IMG/VR virus record: IMGVR_UViG_3300020159_000294
Span: 1 to 27,926 of that record
Direction: 5' to 3' (one strand)
Origin: a virus
Taxonomy: Duplodnaviria > Caudoviricetes
Length of the DNA: 27,926 nucleotides
Part shown: in pieces, positions 1-9,176 of the stretch
Layout: the number at the start of each line of letters is the position of its first letter
How positions within the stretch are numbered: position 1 is the stretch's first letter
The notes under the pieces: generated by a model
Told to the model about the DNA's origin: nothing
What the model saw: the letters and a program-made list of their open reading frames with translations, nothing else
Database searches by the model: none
Translations under genes and position numbers: made by a program

Positions 1-2
1 AA

Positions 3-920
3 GATGCTGTAAGCCAAAAAGAAGTTCGTCAAATAGAAAAAAATTATCCTGATTTAATACCTAAAGCAAAAAAAGCTTTAAAAGATACAGGACTAGTAAT
101 AGGAAAATCAGCATACTCTGCAGGAAAATTAAGCGCTCCGCTAACTCCATTTTGGGAAAGTTTTGGAGCTACAAATAAAACTTCTAAAGCAGATGTTATT
201 ATAGCCGATATTGGAATATCTGTTAAAGCAGGCCCATCTCAATTAATGAGTGGAGTAAAAGAAGAAGCTAAAGCTACTTTTTATGCGGCTTTAAAAAAAT
301 GTCCTGAACTTGAAAACACGCCTGAAGTACAAAATATATTAAATCAAATTGATAAATTTGCTAAATCTGGTAGAACTCAAGGAAATATAAGACAGGCTTT
401 AAAAACAGGCGAAGACACGGCATTATTAAAAGCTAATGCGGCAAATAAAAAAGCCATGAAAAGTCTTGAAGAATTATTTGAAAGTAATGAAAAATTTGCT
501 ATAGAATTTGCTAAAGAGGCTATGTCAGGAACTCAAAAATTTGGTAGTAAATCATTAGCTCGTGCAGAATATATTTTATCTGTAGATAATAATTATGAAA
601 ATGCAAAACTACATAAAATATCAAATAATTCATACGCAAAAAAAATAGCGTCTCAAATGAAAGTAGACGTTAGATTTAAAACTGGATCTATTAAAAGTAA
701 AGGAGAAAAGACTGGTATGTATGGCTATGCTACAGTTCTAGGACTACAATCAGATCCTACTAAAATTAAAGAATCTGAAGTTGATAATTTTAAACAGTTT
801 TTTAGTGACTTATGGGCTAAAATAACCACATCAATAACTTCTTTACTTGATTTTTTTGTAGGAGATCCTGAAAATGTAGAAGTGGATGTAGAAGGAGAGG
901 ATACAATAGATTTTTCTTAA
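3..920 (+). CDS. 5'-truncated phage protein with PD-(D/E)xK restriction-endonuclease-like motif
   Basis: The frame of ORF 246..920 is open back to base 3 (DAVSQKEVRQIEKNYPDLIPK...FGATNKTSKADVIIADIGISVKAGPSQLMSG...), so the true start lies outside the window. KAD-x7-ISVK resembles a PD...(S)xK nuclease core. Confidence 0.6.
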   Translation, partial: DAVSQKEVRQIEKNYPDLIPKAKKALKDTGLVIGKSAYSAGKLSAPLTPFWESFGATNKTSKADVIIADIGISVKAGPSQLMSGVKEEAKATFYAALKKCPELENTPEVQNILNQIDKFAKSGRTQGNIRQALKTGEDTALLKANAANKKAMKSLEELFESNEKFAIEFAKEAMSGTQKFGSKSLARAEYILSVDNNYENAKLHKISNNSYAKKIASQMKVDVRFKTGSIKSKGEKTGMYGYATVLGLQSDPTKIKESEVDNFKQFFSDLWAKITTSITSLLDFFVGDPENVEVDVEGEDTIDFS

Positions 921-980
921 ACTATAAAATAAATTTTTTTATTTCATTTATTTTTAGTATATTAGAAGTAAATCAAGTCT

Positions 981-1229
981 ATGCCAAGAAGAGACAATAC
1001 TTTTAGGACTATAAAAACTGTAGACAACGTAGTAATACATGTCTATGAAGATGAACAAGGTAAAGTAAGACCTCATTCATTTACACAACCTGCTATACAA
1101 TACCCAAAAGACTACGGTAAAAGTGACGAGTATTGTATATTCGGTGTCAATTACTCGTACGATAAATGGTTAGAGCTATCTAGATCTGTTAGAAGATCAG
1201 AGGTAAGAGAAGATTTATCAGAGGACTAA
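981..1229 (+). CDS. small hypothetical protein with one HxxxxPAIxY...EYxxxG unit (HRxDGPA-like repeat)
   Basis: 82-aa ORF filling the gap. The segment PHSFTQPAIQYPKDYGKSDEYCIFGVNY resembles the LHRxDGPAIxY..G..EWYxxG repeat seen in phage proteins. Confidence 0.6.
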   Translation: MPRRDNTFRTIKTVDNVVIHVYEDEQGKVRPHSFTQPAIQYPKDYGKSDEYCIFGVNYSYDKWLELSRSVRRSEVREDLSED

Positions 1230-1242
1230 ATATTTATAAATA
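1230..1242 (+). promoter_or_regulatory. putative late promoter box ATATTTATA, within the palindrome TATTTATAAATA
   Basis: Recurring intergenic motif. This copy overlaps a canonical T4-type TATAAATA at 1235-1242 and lies upstream of the membrane protein-terminase-portal run. Confidence 0.6.
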
Positions 1243-1277
1243 AATAGACCTCTTATAATATTTAATTTGTTACCTCA

Positions 1278-1973
1278 ATGAAAAAGCTACTTCCTAGTAT
1301 CGTAATTATAGTCTTACTTCTCTTTATTGTTTGGAAATACATTCTACCAAAAGATAATGTTGTTGATCTTAAGCCTTATCAATATAAGATAGATTCGCTT
1401 AATATAAAAGTAGGTACACTGACTAAAGAGAATGACAGTCTAGAGACCTTCATAACTTTTTTATACGCTACTAACGACTCCTTATTCTCAGTAAATCAAG
1501 GACTAAAGTACAGAATATCAGACCTAAAACACGATCTTGAAGAGGCTAAGACTGCACTTAAATATACGCCTCAACAAATAGACAGCTTCTTTATAGACAG
1601 ATACGCTCATGAATATGTACCTGGACCTCAAGACACTATTTACATTCCTATCGAAGTAGCAAAGTCTATAATAGTCGATGTTAAGCAAGGAGATATAAAC
1701 AAGCAAATAGTTACTACTCAAGACAGTACTATTGATAATCTAGAGGAGCTAGTTGCTAATAAGGAAGACATAATAAAAGCGCTTAGAGATAAAGAGGTTA
1801 ACTATGTTGAATTAGATAAGACTAGAATAGATCAACAGGTAGAGTACCAAAAGCAGATAGACTTACTTAAGCTCGAGGTTAAAAAGTATAACAAGAAGCT
1901 CAAATTCAGTAAAATCAAAGAGATACTAATTGGTGCTGCGGCAGTAGTTGGATTCGTAATAACAAGCAAATAA
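1278..1973 (+). CDS. membrane-anchored coiled-coil protein (possibly spanin-like)
   Basis: N-terminal hydrophobic anchor (LLPSIVIIVLLLFIVW), two long heptad-rich segments and a C-terminal hydrophobic stretch (ILIGAAAVVGFVI). Its stop overlaps the terL start (TAATG). Confidence 0.6.
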   Translation: MKKLLPSIVIIVLLLFIVWKYILPKDNVVDLKPYQYKIDSLNIKVGTLTKENDSLETFITFLYATNDSLFSVNQGLKYRISDLKHDLEEAKTALKYTPQQIDSFFIDRYAHEYVPGPQDTIYIPIEVAKSIIVDVKQGDINKQIVTTQDSTIDNLEELVANKEDIIKALRDKEVNYVELDKTRIDQQVEYQKQIDLLKLEVKKYNKKLKFSKIKEILIGAAAVVGFVITSK

Positions 1974-3568
1974 TGCCAGAACCACAAGTAAATATAAAAG
2001 AGAGGATAAAAGAAGAGTTTGTAAGATGCGCAACCGATCCTGTGTATTTCATGAAGAAGTACTACATGATCCAGCATCCACAAAGAGGTAGGCAGTTATT
2101 CGACCTTTATCCATTTCAAGAAAAAGTACTGAGACTATTCCAGAAGAATGACTATTCAATCATAAACAAGTCAAGGCAGCTAGGTATATCAACATTAGTA
2201 TCCGCCTACTCACTGTGGTTAATGTTGTTTAATCGTGATAAGAACGTTCTTGTTATTGCGACTAAGCAAGATACTGCCAAGAACATGGTAACAAAGGTCA
2301 GATTTGCTTATCAGAATCTACCTACCTGGTTAAAGATAGGAACATCTGAAGACAATCGACTTAGCTTAAGATTAACAAATGGCTCTCAAGTAAAAGCAGT
2401 ATCAGCTGCCGGTGATGCTGGTCGTTCTGAATCTGTGACTCTACTAGTAATAGATGAGGCTGCGTTCATTGACAATATTGAGACTATCTTTACAGCGGCC
2501 CAACAAACATTGGCAACTGGTGGTGGTTGTATAGCATTGTCTACTCCTAATGGTGTTGGTAACTGGTTTCATAAAACATACAGTACCGCCCAAGAGCAGA
2601 AGAATAAATTTTTACCGATCTCTTTACCATGGACAGTACACCCTGAAAGGGATCAAACTTGGAGAGATGATCAAGATAGAGTGCTAGGTAAAAGAAACGC
2701 TGCTCAAGAGTGTGACTGCGACTTTGCTACCTCGGGTAATACTGTTATTGAACCAGAGATTATGAACTGGTATGAGCAGAATACAATCACAGACCCTATA
2801 GAAAGGCGTGGCTTAGATAAAGCCTTATGGATATGGGAATATTCTGATCCTACAAAATACTATGCCCTGATTGCCGATGTGGCGCGTGGCGATGGTAATG
2901 ACTATTCTGGTTTTCATGTCATAGACGTTGAGACTCTAGATCAAGTTGCAGAGTATAAATCACAGATTGACACTAGAGAGTATGCTAACATTATTCTTAG
3001 CACGGCATCAGAATATAACAATGCTTTGGTCGTAGTTGAGAATGCAAATATAGGCTGGGACGTTATCCAAACTATATTAGAAAGAGGCTACAACAATGTG
3101 CATTATAGCTATAAACAGAATGCTAATATAGAGTTTACGCAATATATAGATAAGTATAATAAAGCAGATGGACTAGTACCTGGTTTTAGTACGACTGAAA
3201 AGACTAGACCATTAGTTATTGAGAGGATGAGAGACTTTATTGAGAACAAGCTAGTCAATATAAAATCACTTAGACTGTTAGAAGAGCTAAGGGTATTTAT
3301 ATGGAAGAACGGTAAAGCTCAAGCAATGAGTGGATATAATGATGACTTAGTTATGCCATTTGCTATCGGAATGTACCTAAGAGAGACTAGTCTAAGATAT
3401 AGAAAGAACGCAGAGAACTTAACTTACGCGGCATTAAACAGTTTCACTAAGACTCAAGACACTAGTATTAGTTATAACGCAAACAATCAATATAATCAAA
3501 ACCCTTGGAGTATGTCATACCGTACTACAGATGGTGAGGTTAACGAAGATCTAACATGGCTCTTATAA
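1973..3568 (+). CDS. terL: terminase large subunit (T4 gp17-like)
   Basis: Q-motif LYPFQ, Walker A KSRQLGIST, Walker B LLVIDEAAF, coupling motif STPNG, RNase H-like nuclease motifs ADVARGDGNDYS and YNDDLVM. Confidence 0.96.
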   Translation: MPEPQVNIKERIKEEFVRCATDPVYFMKKYYMIQHPQRGRQLFDLYPFQEKVLRLFQKNDYSIINKSRQLGISTLVSAYSLWLMLFNRDKNVLVIATKQDTAKNMVTKVRFAYQNLPTWLKIGTSEDNRLSLRLTNGSQVKAVSAAGDAGRSESVTLLVIDEAAFIDNIETIFTAAQQTLATGGGCIALSTPNGVGNWFHKTYSTAQEQKNKFLPISLPWTVHPERDQTWRDDQDRVLGKRNAAQECDCDFATSGNTVIEPEIMNWYEQNTITDPIERRGLDKALWIWEYSDPTKYYALIADVARGDGNDYSGFHVIDVETLDQVAEYKSQIDTREYANIILSTASEYNNALVVVENANIGWDVIQTILERGYNNVHYSYKQNANIEFTQYIDKYNKADGLVPGFSTTEKTRPLVIERMRDFIENKLVNIKSLRLLEELRVFIWKNGKAQAMSGYNDDLVMPFAIGMYLRETSLRYRKNAENLTYAALNSFTKTQDTSISYNANNQYNQNPWSMSYRTTDGEVNEDLTWLL

Positions 3569-3577
3569 AATAAAAAT

Positions 3578-5488
3578 ATGGCAGAACAACAACCGCAAAG
3601 ACAGAATAACTTATTCTCTACATTAAGAAGACTATTTTCTACCGACGTTATTATTCGTAATGAAGGTGGAGATATGCTTAAAGTAGTCGATCCAGATACT
3701 ATACAAAGGTCTGGTGTTATTCAAACTAACTCTCTTATTGATAGATTTAACAAGGTATATACGACCTCAACAGCTTATGGTGTTAATCTTAACTTAGCAC
3801 AGAACTATCAATCTGCAAGGGTTCAAATATACGCAGACTATGATGCTATGGATACAGATGCAATCTGTTGTTCGGCACTAGACATTGTAGCAGATGAATG
3901 TACACTTAAAAATGAACAAGGTGAAGTTTTACAAATTAGGTCTTCTGACGAAAACATCCAGAAGTTACTCTATAATCTATTTTATTCTGTACTTAATATT
4001 GAATTTAATCTTTGGTCTTGGGTTCGTAACATGGCTAAATACGGTGACTTCTACCTCAAATTAGAGATTGCAGAAAAGTACGGCGTATATAATGTTATTC
4101 CTTTCTCAGCTTATAACATTATTCGTGAAGAAGGATACAACCCTGAGAATCCACAAGAGGTTAGGTTTAAATATGATCCTAATGCAACACTAGCATCTTC
4201 AACTGGTTATAGTGCAATTAAGAACGAAGACACCGGTATTTGGTTTGATAACTTTGAAATGGCACACTTCAGATTGACTGGAGATGTTAACTATCTTCCT
4301 TATGGTAGGTCTTATCTAGAACCTGCTCGTAAGTTGTTTAAGCAATACGTTTTGATTGAAGATGCAATGTTGATTCACCGTATTGTTAGAGCTCCTGAAA
4401 GAAGGATATTCTACGTGAATGTAGGAGCAATTCCTCCAGGTGAAGTTGATAACTACATGCAGAAGATGATCAATAAGATGAAGAAGACTCCTCTTATGGA
4501 TCCTAATACTGGTAACTATAACCTTAAATACAATCAGCAAAACCTATTAGAAGACTTCTTTATCCCAGTAAGAGGTAATGATACTTCTACTAAGATTGAT
4601 ACTGCTAAAGGCCTTGATTATAATGGTATTGAAGACGTTGCTTACTTCCGTGAGAAGTTATTTGCGGCCCTTAAGATACCTAAGGCATTCATGGGCTATG
4701 AGAAAGATTTGACTGGTAAAGCTACACTAGCGGCTGAAGATATTCGTTTTGCTAGAACTATTGAAAGACTACAAAGGATATTGGTAAGTGAGTTGACTAA
4801 GATTGCATTAGTTCACTTGTACGCTCATGGTTACACTAATGAGTCTGCTGCAAACTTTACTCTATCATTAACTAATCCGTCTATCATTTACGATCAAGAA
4901 AGAATTGCACTCTTCAAAGAGAAGATTGACTTGGCTAAAATGGCAATGGAAGGTTCACTTTTACCTAGAGACTTTATCTATGACAAGATATTCCACTTCT
5001 CTGAAGATCAATATGCTGAGTTAGAAGACATGATTGTAGAAGATAAGAAGAGAGAGTTTAGATATGCACAGATTCAAGAAGAAGGAAACGATCCAGCAGA
5101 ATCAGGCCAAGCATATGGTACACCTCATCAGATAGCAAGTCTATATGGTGGTAAAGAAGATTCAGTCTTAAATGTACCTTATGGCTATGATGAGAATAAA
5201 CCTGGCCGTCCTAAGTCTGTAACATCTATCATTGGTACTGATAACTCTAGATTCGGTCGTGATCCTATTGGACAAGCTGCATATTCTAAGAATGCTGAGT
5301 CTGGTGAAGACGGTATGAAAGTAAACTATAAAGGAGGCAGTCCACTAGCTCTAGAAGGTACTATGGCAGAATACTTGAAAAACAAAAACTCTTTGAAGGC
5401 TATGTATGATAAGCAGAAGAGAAAGGTTAAACTATATGAGGAGTCAGATCTTTTAAGTGAAGACAATATTATAAACGATTTAGATTAA
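3578..5488 (+). CDS. gp20: portal protein (T4 gp20-like)
   Basis: gp20-family motifs IEDAMLIHRIVRAPERRIFYVNVG, LLEDFFIPVRG, EDVAYFREKLFAALKIP and EDIRFARTIERLQ; directly after terL. Confidence 0.95.
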   Translation: MAEQQPQRQNNLFSTLRRLFSTDVIIRNEGGDMLKVVDPDTIQRSGVIQTNSLIDRFNKVYTTSTAYGVNLNLAQNYQSARVQIYADYDAMDTDAICCSALDIVADECTLKNEQGEVLQIRSSDENIQKLLYNLFYSVLNIEFNLWSWVRNMAKYGDFYLKLEIAEKYGVYNVIPFSAYNIIREEGYNPENPQEVRFKYDPNATLASSTGYSAIKNEDTGIWFDNFEMAHFRLTGDVNYLPYGRSYLEPARKLFKQYVLIEDAMLIHRIVRAPERRIFYVNVGAIPPGEVDNYMQKMINKMKKTPLMDPNTGNYNLKYNQQNLLEDFFIPVRGNDTSTKIDTAKGLDYNGIEDVAYFREKLFAALKIPKAFMGYEKDLTGKATLAAEDIRFARTIERLQRILVSELTKIALVHLYAHGYTNESAANFTLSLTNPSIIYDQERIALFKEKIDLAKMAMEGSLLPRDFIYDKIFHFSEDQYAELEDMIVEDKKREFRYAQIQEEGNDPAESGQAYGTPHQIASLYGGKEDSVLNVPYGYDENKPGRPKSVTSIIGTDNSRFGRDPIGQAAYSKNAESGEDGMKVNYKGGSPLALEGTMAEYLKNKNSLKAMYDKQKRKVKLYEESDLLSEDNIINDLD

Positions 5489-5494
5489 ACATAG

Positions 5495-5503
5495 ATATTT
5501 ATT
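5495..5503 (+). promoter_or_regulatory. putative late promoter box ATATTTATT
   Basis: Recurring motif in the gap between the portal gene and ORF 5526. Confidence 0.6.
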
Positions 5504-5525
5504 ATTACTGAATCAGTACAAAAAT

Positions 5526-6371
5526 ATGGTGAAACATTCCAAATACCGTAATACCGGCATTTTATTTGAACTACTAGTAAGGCAAACTACATCAGACTTG
5601 ATCAATAATCAAGACTCTAAAGCTGTCAAAATATTAAAACGGTATTTCACTAATACAGAACTTGGTAAAGAATACAGCTTATATAGTTCTTTTACTTCTA
5701 GTCCTAAAATAAATGAGACTAAAGCAGAGATGCTTTTAACCACAATACTAGAGCAGTACAAGAAGTTAGACTACGAAAAGATCAATAAACTAAAGTACAA
5801 CTTGATCAAAGAGATTAAGCAGAACTACGATATTGACAACTTCTTTAAGGCTAAAATAGAGAACTATAAACCTTATGCTTCTATCTATACTATATTCGAA
5901 TCGCAGCATTCTAACTCTATAGATACCAAGCAAGTGATGCTCAACAAGATTAATCTACTAGAGCATGTTACCCAATCTAATTTAAACACTTCTGAGTCAA
6001 AAACTATTGCTCAAGAGTTGATGAAAGAAGACAAAGAGATCAGACTATTAGCATATAAATTGATGGTTGAAAAGTTCAATCAGAAGTATCAAAGCATGTC
6101 TGAGAGGCAAAAAAATATACTAAAAGAGTATATCACAAATGTATCTGATACTAAAAACCTCAAGACCTATCTTAACGAGCAACTAGAGCAGATTAAAACT
6201 GAGCTAGAAGAACTTAGGACTAATACTCAAGATAAAGTCATCAAGATAAAATTAGATGAGGTGCTTAAATTTGTTATGCCAATTAAAGAGAACCAGACTA
6301 TTAAAGACGAGATCATAACAGGGATACTCCAGTATTGTGATTTAATAGATGAGTTAAAAAAGACTAACTAA
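5526..6371 (+). CDS. conserved helical head-morphogenesis protein, function unknown
   Basis: 281-aa helical-looking ORF (KHSKYRNTGILFELLVRQ...) between portal and protease genes; stop coupled to the next start by TAATG. Confidence 0.75.
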   Translation: MVKHSKYRNTGILFELLVRQTTSDLINNQDSKAVKILKRYFTNTELGKEYSLYSSFTSSPKINETKAEMLLTTILEQYKKLDYEKINKLKYNLIKEIKQNYDIDNFFKAKIENYKPYASIYTIFESQHSNSIDTKQVMLNKINLLEHVTQSNLNTSESKTIAQELMKEDKEIRLLAYKLMVEKFNQKYQSMSERQKNILKEYITNVSDTKNLKTYLNEQLEQIKTELEELRTNTQDKVIKIKLDEVLKFVMPIKENQTIKDEIITGILQYCDLIDELKKTN

Positions 6372-7660
6372 TGGACAAATTTAATCAACAATTTGCTACT
6401 CAGAAACTTCGTGAAGAGACTGAGAATAATTGGCCTGATCCAATATCATCTAAATACCCAGATGAATATTTATTCATACATGATAAAAGTAAGCCTGGAT
6501 TCTATACTATACAAGATGTTGAAACAGGAAAAACAGTTGGGAGAGTTGGATTTAACACACCAAAATCGGCTGTAGAATTTGCAAAAGATAAAATAAAGCC
6601 TCAAGGTGGAAGACAATCAAGTGGATTAGGAGAAACATCTATGACTAGTACTGGTGCAGGAATGACTCCATCTACAGTAAACAATCCTGTTACTCAAGAC
6701 TGGTATACGACTAAAAAGACACCTAAAAAAGAAGGGGCTAATATACCAAAAGACTTTACTGACGCTCCATCTATACCTAATCGTCCATCTAAAGCATTTG
6801 TCTATAAGCAATTATATGAAGAGCTTTCTAAGGCTCTTAAAGAAGAAGTATCTATTGGTGATTTTAATCATTATAGAAGCGCTCTAAACGATGCCTATTT
6901 TGAATTAACTAGAGACAAAGACATGGCAGGAAGAAAAGCAGTAGCAGATGCGGATAAATCTTTAGAGCATGCTGAGTCTGCTGAAAAAGCCATAAATAAC
7001 TCTAAGATAACCCCAGGAAATAAAGCAACCTATCTAAAAGCTATAGAAGGAATAAAAAGATATTTGTCTCAGTCTAATCAAAAGAATGAAGGCATTGTAA
7101 ATGAGACTATAGATGTAGGTGATCGTATTAAGGTTGTTTATGGCAGTGAGTTCTATGGTGAAACAGGTACAGTAGAAGATATTAAGAGAGGCTTTGTAGT
7201 AGTTAGTATGGATGACTATGACGGTATGTATAGTATGCATATGTCTGATGTAGAGAAGATAGAAGACGAAGATGAAGAAGACGATTTCTACGATGACTAT
7301 GATGATGAACCTGTAAGTGATTATAGTAAGTATCGTCAAGATCCTGAATCCTATGAGAAAGACTATCAAGAGAAAGGCACTAGTGATTATTTTCAAAGGC
7401 GCAGTTTAGATGAAAGCTATTCTAGATTCAAGAATGAGACTAAGACTAGAGGTAAATCAGATCAATTCCACCAAGCAATAAGAGAGGTTAAGAAAAAGGT
7501 ACTAGAGATCAATAAGATGTATGAGTATGTATCTAAACTCAAAGAAGAGCTTTCTGAAGGTGAAGATGGTTTACAGTACAAAATGCATACAGAAAAAGCT
7601 TTACATAAGATAAAAGAAATGGTGTCAGAATTAAATAAAAAGATAAAAAGGTTTAAATAA
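6371..7660 (+). CDS. putative internal head protein with KOW/SH3-like module and acidic tract
   Basis: 429 aa with many [LIV]xE motifs (LREE, LYEE, LKEE, VNE, LDES), a KOW-like segment IDVGDRIKVVYGSEFYGETGTVEDI, an acidic tract and a C-terminal coiled coil. Confidence 0.7.
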   Translation: MDKFNQQFATQKLREETENNWPDPISSKYPDEYLFIHDKSKPGFYTIQDVETGKTVGRVGFNTPKSAVEFAKDKIKPQGGRQSSGLGETSMTSTGAGMTPSTVNNPVTQDWYTTKKTPKKEGANIPKDFTDAPSIPNRPSKAFVYKQLYEELSKALKEEVSIGDFNHYRSALNDAYFELTRDKDMAGRKAVADADKSLEHAESAEKAINNSKITPGNKATYLKAIEGIKRYLSQSNQKNEGIVNETIDVGDRIKVVYGSEFYGETGTVEDIKRGFVVVSMDDYDGMYSMHMSDVEKIEDEDEEDDFYDDYDDEPVSDYSKYRQDPESYEKDYQEKGTSDYFQRRSLDESYSRFKNETKTRGKSDQFHQAIREVKKKVLEINKMYEYVSKLKEELSEGEDGLQYKMHTEKALHKIKEMVSELNKKIKRFK

Positions 7661-7794
7661 TGGCAAAGACTAAAGCAGGTGCTGGTGGTTCTGTAAAAAT
7701 CACTTTCGGTAAAAAGAAAGAAGGCAAGGCAAAAAAATCATTTAACAAGCACGACCGTTCAGAAAAAAATTATCGTGGACAAGGTCGAAGCTAA
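7660..7794 (+). CDS. small basic protein ending in YRGQGR (44 aa; not in the ORF track)
   Basis: The ATG overlaps the upstream TAA. It translates to MAKTKAGAGGSVKITFGKKKEGKAKKSFNKHDRSEKNYRGQGRS* and exactly fills the gap. Confidence 0.8.
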   Translation: MAKTKAGAGGSVKITFGKKKEGKAKKSFNKHDRSEKNYRGQGRS

Positions 7795-7802
7795 TATTTA
7801 TA
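7794..7802 (+). promoter_or_regulatory. putative late promoter box ATATTTATA
   Basis: Recurring motif, only 3 nt before the ATG at 7806. Confidence 0.5.
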
Positions 7803-7805
7803 AGC

Positions 7806-9176
7806 ATGACTACAATTAAATTATATCATAAGCATAAGGCAGGAGAAGTTAGCAAAGAGGCATTCTTGTATGAAGTTCGTAGAGACTCTAACCTTCCTTG
7901 GATAACTAATATAACATCTTATGATGATGCTGTACAGATCCTTAAGAATAAGGGTGTTATCAGTGAAGCAGAAATGCCTAATAGTGAAGCCAAAGGATTT
8001 ATGAATGATCCTATTCTAATGGCAATGAGAGCTAAAAAAGATGCTCCAAAATTACAATCGCCACAAGCTCAAAAAGTTAATCCAAATAAAATCAATACAC
8101 TCCTTAAAAAAAGAGCTGATATTGAAAGAGATATGGAGCAAGAGGCAGAACCAGAAGGTGGACCTATAGCTGATATGTATGGTGACATGCTAAATAAAAT
8201 TGATCAAGCTATTGCTAAATTAAGTGCGCAAGGTGAATGGGGACCAGAAACCAATCCATATATGGATAAAGACGAGATAGAAGCAAGAGCCGCTATGATA
8301 AAAGAATTAAAGCAGATTAATGAAGTAGACGCTAATGTAGCTACTGACCCAGCAGTTGATAGAGTTAATCCTTACTTCTTAAAGAGAGGAATAATGAAAC
8401 TATTGGCTAAAGAAAAAGAACTAACTAATGATTCATATATCAACGCTCTAAACAAGGCAGCTAAGCAATTGGCATCTAACCCTCATGCATTTGATGAGGA
8501 CATGTTTGCTAATGCTAAAGATGTAGAAAAAGCCGATTCTAAACTTAAGACCCAAGAAGTTAAAAAGAATAACCATGTAGACAAGGCAAACGAGATGAAA
8601 AAGGTTAAGGTTAAATCACTAAAAGAGTCTACAATAGATGAGTTAGTCGACTACCTTAAAAAAAAAGAGCTAGTTAACGAAGACGCTCACTGGAACTATA
8701 CAGTTGGTTCTGAAGTTCATACACCTAATGGTTCTGGCAAAGTAGTTGAAATAGTTGGTGGAACACTTACTGTTGAGATGCAAGATGGAAAACTAGTAGA
8801 TGTTCAGATAAATACCGCAGACCATTTTACTCAACAGGCAAAAGAAGAACCTGCTGCACAAGAAGCAGAACCCTCTGTAGCTGATATGTGGGCTAAGTGG
8901 GATAAAGAAGGACATAAGCCATTCGGTGGCATGGTTAACTATCCTTCAGAGATAGATCTAGCTAAAATTAAGCGATATATGGAGGTTTATGGCCATGATA
9001 AAGAGAAGATGAAAAAGTTAAAAGAGGCCATAAAGAAGTTAAAAGAGGGTATAAAAAAGAATCCAGTTACTGGTATGGCAGTATCAACTTCAACTAAACA
9101 AGATGACTCCCTTGCCACTAAATTAGGATACACCCAAACAATCCCTGGCAATTTAACACCATTAGGTAAAATATAA
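7806..9176 (+). CDS. putative internal head/prohead core protein with SH3/KOW-like module
   Basis: 456 aa, K/E-rich, with [LIV]xE motifs (ISE, INE, LKES, VNE, LKE) and a beta module YTVGSEVHTPNGSGKVVEIVGGTLTVEMQDGKLVDV; coupled to the protease gene. Confidence 0.7.
   Translation: MTTIKLYHKHKAGEVSKEAFLYEVRRDSNLPWITNITSYDDAVQILKNKGVISEAEMPNSEAKGFMNDPILMAMRAKKDAPKLQSPQAQKVNPNKINTLLKKRADIERDMEQEAEPEGGPIADMYGDMLNKIDQAIAKLSAQGEWGPETNPYMDKDEIEARAAMIKELKQINEVDANVATDPAVDRVNPYFLKRGIMKLLAKEKELTNDSYINALNKAAKQLASNPHAFDEDMFANAKDVEKADSKLKTQEVKKNNHVDKANEMKKVKVKSLKESTIDELVDYLKKKELVNEDAHWNYTVGSEVHTPNGSGKVVEIVGGTLTVEMQDGKLVDVQINTADHFTQQAKEEPAAQEAEPSVADMWAKWDKEGHKPFGGMVNYPSEIDLAKIKRYMEVYGHDKEKMKKLKEAIKKLKEGIKKNPVTGMAVSTSTKQDDSLATKLGYTQTIPGNLTPLGKI

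Noticed and set aside
246-248. ATG at 246 as the start of the first gene
   Set aside because: The frame is open to the window edge and the putative catalytic motif lies upstream of this ATG.
951-965. TATATTAG as a Bacteroidota-type -7 promoter element before ORF 981
   Set aside because: A single imperfect match to TAnnTTTG in AT-rich DNA with no clear -33 TTTG; it cannot be supported from one instance.
1973-5488. Inteins or introns in terminase or portal
   Set aside because: Both ORFs are continuous, of ordinary length, with motifs in the expected order and no intein or homing-endonuclease signatures.
8658-8667. A9-G run as a programmed frameshift or phase-variation site
   Set aside because: It encodes Lys-Lys-Lys in an A-rich gene, the ORF is intact, and no stimulatory structure is evident.
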